Positions 7,118 through 14,979 of a stretch of DNA of 45,062 bases are shown piece after piece. Origin of the DNA: a virus (lineage: Duplodnaviria > Caudoviricetes). The first letter of the stretch is position 1. Each line of letters opens with the position of its first letter. A program made the position numbers and the translations under genes. The DNA lies in the IMG/VR virus record IMGVR_UViG_3300038679_000084, positions 1 through 45,062 of that record; one strand, written 5' to 3'. The notes under the pieces are model-generated. The model was not told the origin of the DNA. It saw only the letters and a program-made list of their open reading frames with translations, and did no database searches.

Positions 7118-7355
7118 AAGTGAACTGAATATTGGGATGGTTAATTATGCAGAATGAACTCCACAGGCGAACGCTTGATGAATGCGAATGAACTAGCCGA
7201 CTAGACGCCTGAAGACCGGAAATGAACAGTAAACCACGATCGTTACGCTGCGGGAATGAACTGAAAAGTCCGATCGTTGCATGGCGTGAATGAACTGGGT
7301 ATCTCGATCGTTAATCGTCGTGAATGAGCTGAATACTGGAACCGTTAAGGTGAAG
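7118..7355 (+). ncRNA. TIGR-like dual-repeat guide array 2 (7 units, 34-nt period)
   Basis: Edge repeats (consensus GAATGAACT) at 7118, 7152, 7186, 7220, 7254, 7288, 7322. Loop repeats GATGGTT, AACGCTT, GACGCCT, GATCGTT x3, AACCGTT at 7136, 7170, 7204, 7238, 7272, 7306, 7340. All spacers are 9 nt. Confidence 0.85.
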
Positions 7356-7364
7356 GAGCGTATC

Positions 7365-7697
7365 ATGAACTGGATGGACAATATAAAAACTAACCCATGG
7401 GCGGAGCCTGACGTGTTGGAGTCCGCCATCAAGGCCGAATATCGCGCGAAGCTGCGCGCGATCGGTGCCTACGTGTATAGCGTGCACGTCAACCATTACG
7501 GCCGCGCCGCCGTGGATGACTTCATATGCTACAAGGGCACGTTCTACGCGATCGAGGGCAAGCGCCCGAAGGGCAAGGTTACAGCCCGCCAGCAATCCGT
7601 GCTCGACGAAGTAGCGGCGGCGGGGGGCGGCGTGATCGTCGCCCGCTCTTGGGAGGATGTTTGGCGCGGCATGGGCTTTCCGGCGGACCCCGCGTGA
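7365..7697 (+). CDS. VRR-NUC domain nuclease (putative resolvase)
   Basis: LESAIK, DFIC..G.FYAIEGKRPKGKVTARQ, AAGG..IVARS. ATG7365 follows GAAGGAG; the track's N-terminal extension is array sequence. Confidence 0.85.
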   Translation: MNWMDNIKTNPWAEPDVLESAIKAEYRAKLRAIGAYVYSVHVNHYGRAAVDDFICYKGTFYAIEGKRPKGKVTARQQSVLDEVAAAGGGVIVARSWEDVWRGMGFPADPA

Positions 7698-9091
7698 CCT
7701 GCCAGCCACCCGCCCACTACGACTTCCCCGCCGCGCCCGGGTTGGTACCAATGGACAACCAGCGCATGCGCGCGGCTTTTCTGGCGGGGCACAAGCGGGC
7801 ATTCGAACTGAGTGAGATGCGTACCGGGAAAACACTCACGGCGCTGTGGGCGGCGGATTACATCATGCACGGGTACGGCGACGCTAAGCGTGCGCTGATT
7901 GTCGCTCCCCGCAGCATCATGCGGCTGGTCTGGCTGGCGCACGTGCGCGACCATCTGGGCGGGCATCGCACGGGGGTCGTGCTCGAGGGTGATATGGCCA
8001 AGCGGCGCAAGACGCTGGCGATGGACCACGCGGGCTTCGTGATCACGAACCCGGACGCGCTCAAGACGCCGGTCGGCAAGGACCTCTTTGACATGGCCAA
8101 GGCGGGCGAGTTCGCCGTCATGATCTTCGACGAGGCGACGACGTACCGTCACACGCGCACGAAGCGTTGGCGGACCACGTTCGCCGTCGCCAGCCAAATC
8201 GAATACGTCTGGCTCCTGACCGGCACGCCGACGCCGCAGGCCCCCACGGACGCGTACGGGCTAGAGGCGCTGGCCTTTGGCCCGCGCGGCTCATTCGTAC
8301 AGTGCAAGGAACGCCTGATGGTCCAGATCGACCAATTCAAATGGGCGCCGCGCCCAGGGCATGAGGCCCTGGTCGCCAAGATGCTATCCCCCGCCGTGCG
8401 GGTGCGGCAGGATGAGTGTTTCGCGGTTCAGAAGGCGCCGCCGCAGAACAGGGCGGTTGAGTTGACCTCGGAGCAGAAAAAGGCGTTTGCTTCGCTCCGC
8501 GCCGGCGGCGCCGTGCGGGTCGCGGGTAAGACCATCACAGCCGTGCACGCGGCGGCGACGCGCCTCAAGTTCATGCAGATTTCGGCGGGCATGATCTATG
8601 ACGCTGACCACGATATCGTAAAAGTGAATTGCGCTTCCAGGCTTGAGGCGCTAAAAGAAATCGCGATGGAGGCTCCGGCCAAGATCATAGTGTTCGCATC
8701 CTTCCATGGCGTCCTTGACGTATTGGAGGCTGAGTTCGGGAAAGATTGTGTGAGGGTTGATGGCACGGTTTCCGATAAGCATATCGAGCAGCGCGTCAAC
8801 GCGTTTCAGTCGGGCGAGCCACGTTGGCTCCTGGCGCATCCGGCCGTTGTGGCACGCGGGCATAAGTTCACCTGCGCTTCCACGATCGTATGGTTTACGC
8901 CTACTGACAAGAGTGAGGAATATCAGCAAGCCAATCAACGGATATTTGGCCCTGACCAACAAGCAAATTGCTCCATCATCAACCTGGTAAGCTGCCCATT
9001 GGAAGCTAATATATTCGCCGCCCGCGCGGGTAGCGAGGCACTGCAGGAACAAGCGCTATCGATCATCGAAGGAAAGGGACTCGAATGGTAG
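7694..9091 (+). CDS. SNF2-like superfamily 2 helicase
   Basis: MRTGKT Walker A, FDEA Walker B, LTGTP, IIVFA, QANQRI; GTGA coupling at 7694. Confidence 0.88.
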   Translation: MTCQPPAHYDFPAAPGLVPMDNQRMRAAFLAGHKRAFELSEMRTGKTLTALWAADYIMHGYGDAKRALIVAPRSIMRLVWLAHVRDHLGGHRTGVVLEGDMAKRRKTLAMDHAGFVITNPDALKTPVGKDLFDMAKAGEFAVMIFDEATTYRHTRTKRWRTTFAVASQIEYVWLLTGTPTPQAPTDAYGLEALAFGPRGSFVQCKERLMVQIDQFKWAPRPGHEALVAKMLSPAVRVRQDECFAVQKAPPQNRAVELTSEQKKAFASLRAGGAVRVAGKTITAVHAAATRLKFMQISAGMIYDADHDIVKVNCASRLEALKEIAMEAPAKIIVFASFHGVLDVLEAEFGKDCVRVDGTVSDKHIEQRVNAFQSGEPRWLLAHPAVVARGHKFTCASTIVWFTPTDKSEEYQQANQRIFGPDQQANCSIINLVSCPLEANIFAARAGSEALQEQALSIIEGKGLEW

Positions 9092-9522
9092 ACGCAAGCG
9101 AGCTTTTTAAACAGATTACGGCGCGTGAGTCACAGCTTGAGAATTTCAAGACAGTCGTCATCAAGCCTTTGCAGGCGCAGATCGATGATCTGAGGTCGCG
9201 ATTGGCTGCTTATATGACCGAGCAGAACTTGAATTCCGTGAACACGGATTTTGGGCGCGCGCATTTCTCGACGGCGTTGAGCGCGAAGGTTATTGACAAG
9301 GACGCATGGCTCGACTTTGTCGGGGAGAATGACCAATGGGACATGCTGACAAAGCATGTCGCGACACAAGTCATAGCCGACTGGCACGACAAGCAGGTCG
9401 CGGTCTATGAAAGGGAGAAAGCAGCCGGCAAGGACGTTAAATATCCGGATTACCCAGACGGGCTCCAGGTCGAGCGGGTCCGCAGGCTTAATATCGCACT
9501 CAAGAAGGACGTTATCGAATGA
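9085..9522 (+). CDS. Hypothetical replication-module protein (coiled-coil N-terminus)
   Basis: 145 aa, overlaps both neighbours, sits between the helicase and the putative SSB. Confidence 0.65.
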   Translation: MVDASELFKQITARESQLENFKTVVIKPLQAQIDDLRSRLAAYMTEQNLNSVNTDFGRAHFSTALSAKVIDKDAWLDFVGENDQWDMLTKHVATQVIADWHDKQVAVYEREKAAGKDVKYPDYPDGLQVERVRRLNIALKKDVIE

Positions 9523-10361
9523 TCGAGTTCCCGAATTTGTACAATGACGCGAACGCGGCGCAGGAAACATCGGCGCGCCCCCCCCGCGTCTCGTTGCTGA
9601 ATGACCGTTTCACCCTCCTGGACGAAAACGGCCAGGAAGCCGGGGAAGTCCATGGCGAGTTCAAGTTTATGGTCGCCTACATCCGCCCTTCCGTGTTTCG
9701 GGTTTTCTACGGCAGCAAATATGACCCTGAAAACCCGTCCGGTCCGGCGTGCGTCTCCTACGACGGCAAACGGCCGGATGCCACGGAGAGCCCGGAACCC
9801 CAGCATGAGCTATGCTCGGCTTGTCCCCGCGCGGTCTGGGGCTCCAAGGAAGGTTTCAGCGGCGGGAAAAGCCGCGAGTGTCAGAACCGCGTCCTGGTCG
9901 TCGCCATGACATCCGATAAGAAGTTCTGGCAGTTCGCGATCCCGCCGGCGAGCCAAAAGAATTGGAAGCTGTTCGTGGACGAGCAGCGCCGCACAGGGAA
10001 ACCTTTGCAGGCGATGATTGCCGGCGCCAAGTTCCGGCGGGGCACGAAGATTCTTGAGTTCGTCGCGCGCGGGACAGCGCCGCTGGATTACCAGGAAGCG
10101 ATCGCGACCTTTACCGCGCGCGCGGGTGAGAATATGACTGGCCCACCGCGCGCGCTCGATGTGGAGCTGCTCGCGCCGTACATGTCGCTTACGCCGCGCC
10201 TTACGCACGAGCCCGAGCCCGAGCCCGCGCCCGAGCCCGAGCCCAAACCCGTCTCGAAGCGGCGCGCGGTAAAATCGCCGGAGCCGCCGGCGGAAGCCGA
10301 TGAGCCGGCGGCTGAAGCGGACGCCCTGGCGGCGCACCTTCGCCAAGCATTTGGGCTGTGA
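9519..10361 (+). CDS. Putative ssDNA-binding / annealing protein
   Basis: Cys pattern C..DG, C..CP...WGS, C; acidic and Pro-rich C-terminal tail; position in the replication module. Function inferred. Confidence 0.5.
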   Translation: MIEFPNLYNDANAAQETSARPPRVSLLNDRFTLLDENGQEAGEVHGEFKFMVAYIRPSVFRVFYGSKYDPENPSGPACVSYDGKRPDATESPEPQHELCSACPRAVWGSKEGFSGGKSRECQNRVLVVAMTSDKKFWQFAIPPASQKNWKLFVDEQRRTGKPLQAMIAGAKFRRGTKILEFVARGTAPLDYQEAIATFTARAGENMTGPPRALDVELLAPYMSLTPRLTHEPEPEPAPEPEPKPVSKRRAVKSPEPPAEADEPAAEADALAAHLRQAFGL

Positions 10362-10435
10362 TTACCGGCCGCCACTAGAACTAGGTCAAGCGGTAATCCC
10401 CCCGCCGCCTTCCCCAGGCGTTGTTACCGTTTGCG

Positions 10436-10472
10436 GGGCTTCCACTTTCAGTAGAAGGTGGAAGCCCTTTTT
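10436..10472 (+). terminator. Intrinsic terminator-like hairpin
   Basis: GGGCTTCCAC-TTTCAGTAGAAG-GTGGAAGCCC followed by TTTTT. Confidence 0.65.
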
Positions 10473-10483
10473 GCGGGGTTGTC

Positions 10484-12985
10484 ATGGCGCGGAAGCTTCC
10501 CGGGGCGTTCAAATCTCTAGCGGAATCGCGCGTATGGACGCGCTGGAGGCCTGTCACCAAGGACGGGAAGGTGACGAAGCCCCCGTGCGACGCGCGTGGG
10601 CGGCCAAAGGGCGCCGAGACGGACCCCGCCACGCTTTCCGAGATCGGCGACGCGTGGCCGGATATCGGCGTTATACTAGGCCCCGCGACCGGGCTTATCG
10701 GGATCGATATCGATCATTGCGGGGAAAATGGAAAGTGCGCTAGCTGGCTTTCGCCGCTTCTCTCGAGGGCCAAGGCGGCGGGCGCGTTCGTCGAGATATC
10801 CGTATCCAGGACCGGCATTCATATTATCGGCCGATCGGCATCCTTTCCGAAAGGCCACTCATTCGCGCATCCGTTCGACCCCGCGTTCCCCCAGGCCAAG
10901 ATCGAGTGCTTCTCCGAGAAACGCTACTTCACGCTTGCGAATAACCTCATATTCGATCCGCCCGAACTGGGCTGTATCGATGACGTGTTCCGCGCGGCGC
11001 TCGCCATGGAGCGTAAGGCGCCCAAGAAGGCCGACGAGCTACTGAAGCGGTCGAGCGATGACACGTCCAAGGACTTCTTCGCCGCCATGCAAATCCTTCG
11101 GCGCGCGGGTTGGACACCTGATGAAGCGGCGGCCTACGCGCTTCGCTGGCCGGAAGGCGCCGCCGCGCAGTATATCCGCGAGGATAAGGTTCTCGAGCAA
11201 GCGCGGGTCTGCCATGAGAAAGGGCGCGCATCGGACTTCGGCGACGCGCCCGGCGGCGCGCCCGGGGGCGCGGACGCGGACGAAGTAGAGATTCCTGGCT
11301 ATCACTGGTCGCCAAATTGCGTCACGGATGACGAGGGGAAGATCATCTTCAACAATGGGGTGCGCGCCGTTCACGCGTACCAGGGGGGAATGGCGTCGTT
11401 CGATATCAAGGTTTACGACCACAAGGAAAAGTGCGAGAATACCCTTCACCTCGATTGGCTCGAGACCTCGGGATTCGTGCGGGAGTACACGGGGCGGGCG
11501 TTATGCCAGGCCAGCAACGCCGCGCTGAAGCGCTACCTGGAGGTGGCGTTCGTGCATCTACAGGGCTTGGGGAGAGTAACCCGCGTGCATGATCGATTCG
11601 GCTGGACGAAAGACGACGCCTTCGTGCTCGGCGAGTACGTTTACGCGGAAGGCCGCGTTGAGCCGGCGAAGTTGACCATTGACACCGAGGCGCGCGGACA
11701 GCTTTTAGCCCCCGTGGGTACACTGGAGAAATGGCGCGAAACCGCCGCCCGGCTTTGTCACCCAGGGTTAGAGCCCTTCCTGGCGGCGCTGCTCGCGAGC
11801 GCGGGTGCTCCGCTCATCTCGCGGGTATGGGGGAAGGAAGGCGGTTTCGTCCTATCCTATTTTGGCCACGTGAGCGGGTCAGGCAAGTCCACGGCCTTAT
11901 CGGCGGCCGCGTCCGTCTGGGGCGAAGCCGGGTGCATTGCCCTGGGTTCATCCGCCACGGATCACCATCGGTTTTATACGCTGGCGGTCCTGCGCCACCT
12001 TCCCGTCACCTGGGACGAAGCCAAGAGTACGCCCGAGTCGCAAGGAAAGAACCAGTCAACTCAAACGCCCTTGGTGTCCATACTTCAGGCTTTCACGGAT
12101 GGCACGGAAAGAGGGAGGCTCGGGACGAAGGGGAAGCCCGTCGCGGCGCAAAGCGGCTGGTCAACCGCGCTGTTCATGGCGGGTAACAAGTCGAAAATCG
12201 GCGTGCTGGTTGGCACGGAGGAAGGGGCGGCGCAGGCGCAACGGATCATCGAGTTCAATTGCCAGAAGAAGATCACGTCGGGCATGCTGGGGTGGGCTCC
12301 CTTCACGAAGGAAGACTTCGAGGCGAACGGCGGCCATATCGGGCGCGCGATTGCCCGTTATCTGTCCATCAAGGCGAACCGGGACGCCGCCGTTGCCAGG
12401 CTTAAGGAGGTTTACGCGGGCTATATCAGCGCCACCGGCGCGGATAAGCGCTTTCAGATGCGCGCCTTGTCCGTTATCCGCGTCATGGGCGAAATCATGG
12501 ATGCCGAGGGTTGGCTTCCGATCGACGCCGACCGGCTAGAGAGCGTGCTCATGGAGGCCCTCCGCGCGAGCGAGGTGAACGCGGCGGAGCTGGCCAAGGC
12601 GGAAGAGGCACTGGAGCCCGCCGCGCTTCTCGAGAGCTACATACAATCCGCCGTGCAGCGCGACAGCGTGTTCCAGCCCGGCAATGGGAAGGTCTCGCTG
12701 CGCCGCAACAACCAGCTTGTCGGTTTCCTCGACAGGGTGAAGCAGATAGCGGTCTTCGACCACCATGATTTCGATCATTACCTGCGCTCTCGCGGGTCAA
12801 ACGTGCGCGAGACGCGCGAGGCGCTCGAGGCGTCCAACCGGATTGTGAAGAGCAAGCAGCGCCGTAACCTGGGTCAGGCTGATGGATTAGCCGTGCCGGC
12901 CTTCGCGGATGTGGCGGTCCTAGTACCCGTGGGCGGCGTGGATATCGAGGACGATAAGGTTATTCCATTCCGTCGTGATCTATGA
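10484..12985 (+). CDS. AEP primase-polymerase fused to DUF927-like helicase
   Basis: GIDIDH and SVSRTGIH AEP motifs; RFGW, GSGKST Walker A, WDE Walker B. ATG10484 chosen (track start 10421). Confidence 0.85.
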   Translation: MARKLPGAFKSLAESRVWTRWRPVTKDGKVTKPPCDARGRPKGAETDPATLSEIGDAWPDIGVILGPATGLIGIDIDHCGENGKCASWLSPLLSRAKAAGAFVEISVSRTGIHIIGRSASFPKGHSFAHPFDPAFPQAKIECFSEKRYFTLANNLIFDPPELGCIDDVFRAALAMERKAPKKADELLKRSSDDTSKDFFAAMQILRRAGWTPDEAAAYALRWPEGAAAQYIREDKVLEQARVCHEKGRASDFGDAPGGAPGGADADEVEIPGYHWSPNCVTDDEGKIIFNNGVRAVHAYQGGMASFDIKVYDHKEKCENTLHLDWLETSGFVREYTGRALCQASNAALKRYLEVAFVHLQGLGRVTRVHDRFGWTKDDAFVLGEYVYAEGRVEPAKLTIDTEARGQLLAPVGTLEKWRETAARLCHPGLEPFLAALLASAGAPLISRVWGKEGGFVLSYFGHVSGSGKSTALSAAASVWGEAGCIALGSSATDHHRFYTLAVLRHLPVTWDEAKSTPESQGKNQSTQTPLVSILQAFTDGTERGRLGTKGKPVAAQSGWSTALFMAGNKSKIGVLVGTEEGAAQAQRIIEFNCQKKITSGMLGWAPFTKEDFEANGGHIGRAIARYLSIKANRDAAVARLKEVYAGYISATGADKRFQMRALSVIRVMGEIMDAEGWLPIDADRLESVLMEALRASEVNAAELAKAEEALEPAALLESYIQSAVQRDSVFQPGNGKVSLRRNNQLVGFLDRVKQIAVFDHHDFDHYLRSRGSNVRETREALEASNRIVKSKQRRNLGQADGLAVPAFADVAVLVPVGGVDIEDDKVIPFRRDL

Positions 12986-13340
12986 CGCGCGCCGCCAGCT
13001 CGGCTTTCATATCAAGCATTGACTGGAACATGTCTTCCGCTAGGTCGGTCCGCTGTTTCTGTATGGAGGTCGCATCCACGCGCGTCGCCGTCGTCAGCGC
13101 GATTTGAATAGCCTGGAGCTTCACCTTCGCCTTTTTCTGCCACTCCTCATCCATGGAGGGCCAGTCCGTACTGATGATATCCTCCAAGGCGCCGATCGCG
13201 GCATTGATCGGGAGCTCCTTGAGCGGCGCGGCGGGGTCCTCGGCCGCCTGGCGCGGCGGGGGCATGTCCTCGGCCGCTTGGCGCGGCGGGGGCATGTCGA
13301 AGATAAGAGGCGCCCCCGTGCGCTTGATCGGGCCGCTCAT
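12960..13340 (-). CDS. Hypothetical protein with duplicated DMPPPRQAAE motif (last gene of late arm)
   Basis: 126 aa, ATGA-coupled to the upstream gene, converges on the primase gene. Confidence 0.6.
   Translation of the reverse strand: MSGPIKRTGAPLIFDMPPPRQAAEDMPPPRQAAEDPAAPLKELPINAAIGALEDIISTDWPSMDEEWQKKAKVKLQAIQIALTTATRVDATSIQKQRTDLAEDMFQSMLDMKAELAARVIDHDGME
13236..13298. repeat. 30-bp tandem duplication (in-frame)
   Basis: GTCCTCGGCCGCYTGGCGCGGCGGGGGCAT x2 plus GTC. Confidence 0.85.
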
Positions 13341-14977
13341 TGCTCGCCCGCCTGGCGCGCTCGCGTTCCCGCGCGCAGGAAGTCGGTTAAGCCGGCTTCC
13401 GGTCCGCGCGGAATGAGCTGGTTGCCAAGATAGCCCTGCATGGGGCCGCTCATGCCCAGGCGGGGGATCGCGTCGAGCGCCTGCCGGGTCGCCGACTGCC
13501 CCGCGAAATAACCAGCTATGTGCCCAATACCCGGTGCCATGCCGCCGCCGACCGCGGCGCCCGCCGTACCGCCAAGATAAGGCAGCATGCTGTGGCTTTT
13601 CGTGGCGGGGATGTTATTCGGCTTGCGGCTTAGCGCGTCGATCATCGACTGGGGCAGGTCCGCGAAGTCGCGGGAACTGCCTGGCTTCGGCGCGAACTTC
13701 GTCAGGCGCTGGTTGAACTTCGTCGGGTCAACGCGCCCCGTGAACTCATTGGCGCTGCGCCGCACGTCCTCGAGAAGGTGCCAGTCGTCCTTCGTCTTCA
13801 GGAAGGCGGGGATGTTGCCCTTGCCCTGTTCGCGGGCTGACTTGATCAATGCGCGGTCGAGCGCGTCGCGCAACCCGTAGAACGCGCGTGACGCCGCTTT
13901 ATCGCTGCCCCGATACTTGAACGCGCTCTCCGTGAGAAAGTCGCGCCAATTGTTGACATCCTTCCACGGCTGCTCGACAACCGAATGCAGCGTTTCGGCG
14001 GCTTTGTTGACCTCGAGGCGCGAGGACGCTCCTGAAAGCCGCAGCTGCGCGCCTTGATTATACCGTTCCGCGATAGCGGCCACGTCGCGCCGGAGCGCGG
14101 GATTGGTCCGCAGGATGACGCCCTTAGTGGACTCTTTCGCCGCTTGCCGCAGGCTATCTTCCACCATCTTGATATTCTCGGGCGTCGCGTGCGTCATGGA
14201 CGGGTCGAGGCGCTTCATCACGTCCGCCGTGAACTTCTCTTCGCGGGCGATCGCGCGGGAGAGCACGGAGCCTTCGGCCGTGCCCGCCGCCTTGGTCTCC
14301 ATGGCTTGCAGTTTCGGGCTCCCCGTGCGCTCGCCCGCGCTTACGGGGTAGCCCGCGTCCTTCAGCTTGTCGGATGCCCGCATCTGGCGCGCGACCGCCG
14401 TGGGAGCGTTCGGGTCGCGGGGGAAGGGCGTGATCGCGCGCCCCACGCCACGGATGGCGCTCGGCGTGGCGAGCGAGGCCCCGATCCTCGCGGCGGTCTG
14501 CCCCGCGGGGCCCGCGCCCAGGCCCTCGGCTGCCTGCCCAGCGCCTTCGGAGGCGAGCCCCGCCGCGCCCGCCATGGCGGCCCGCCCACCGAGGCCCGCC
14601 GCTGGGCCGATCGCGGCGCTGGGCAGGAAGCTGGCGGCCGTCTGGGCGTAGCGCCCAGTCTGGCTCTTGGGTTCGTAGTCGGCGCCGATGCCTTGCGTGA
14701 TATCGCCATAGGACGGCAGGCCGATTGGGTTCGGCGAGGTCGCGACGGGCGGGGCGCCCGCCATGTCGAAGCCCGCGCCAACAGCGTCCTGAAGCGTGCG
14801 CGGCAGAGACGCAAGGCCCGCGACGCCCTGCCCGAGCCCGGAGATGGCCGACTTACCGATATCGGCGCCCCAGCCCGCCCAGGACTGCTGCCCCGCGCCG
14901 GCCTGGGCCGGCTCGAATCCCCGCCAGTCCTCGGAAGGAACTTCCTCGAACCCGGCCCACGGGTCTTTTTTAGCCAT
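13337..14977 (-). CDS. Putative DNA ejection / internal virion protein
   Basis: 546 aa; DPWAGFEEV N-terminus and Gly/Ala-rich hydrophobic stretches typical of podovirus ejection proteins; position. Confidence 0.6.
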   Translation of the reverse strand: MAKKDPWAGFEEVPSEDWRGFEPAQAGAGQQSWAGWGADIGKSAISGLGQGVAGLASLPRTLQDAVGAGFDMAGAPPVATSPNPIGLPSYGDITQGIGADYEPKSQTGRYAQTAASFLPSAAIGPAAGLGGRAAMAGAAGLASEGAGQAAEGLGAGPAGQTAARIGASLATPSAIRGVGRAITPFPRDPNAPTAVARQMRASDKLKDAGYPVSAGERTGSPKLQAMETKAAGTAEGSVLSRAIAREEKFTADVMKRLDPSMTHATPENIKMVEDSLRQAAKESTKGVILRTNPALRRDVAAIAERYNQGAQLRLSGASSRLEVNKAAETLHSVVEQPWKDVNNWRDFLTESAFKYRGSDKAASRAFYGLRDALDRALIKSAREQGKGNIPAFLKTKDDWHLLEDVRRSANEFTGRVDPTKFNQRLTKFAPKPGSSRDFADLPQSMIDALSRKPNNIPATKSHSMLPYLGGTAGAAVGGGMAPGIGHIAGYFAGQSATRQALDAIPRLGMSGPMQGYLGNQLIPRGPEAGLTDFLRAGTRARQAGEQ

Positions 14978-14979
14978 GT

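Noticed and set aside
4513-7355. Classical CRISPR arrays with Cas4
   Set aside because: Repeats are only 7-9 nt and alternate between two types with 9-nt spacers; no 23-47-nt repeats and no cas1/cas2 or effector genes seen.
7193-7432. Track ORFs crossing the arrays (7193..7432 -, 7290 start of VRR-NUC, 4555..4767 -)
   Set aside because: They run through 34-nt periodic non-coding repeats; a better RBS and start exist at 7365.
10205-10250. GAGCCC hexamer repeats as a regulatory or phase-variable element
   Set aside because: They encode an in-frame (EP)n linker in the C-terminal tail of 9519..10361.
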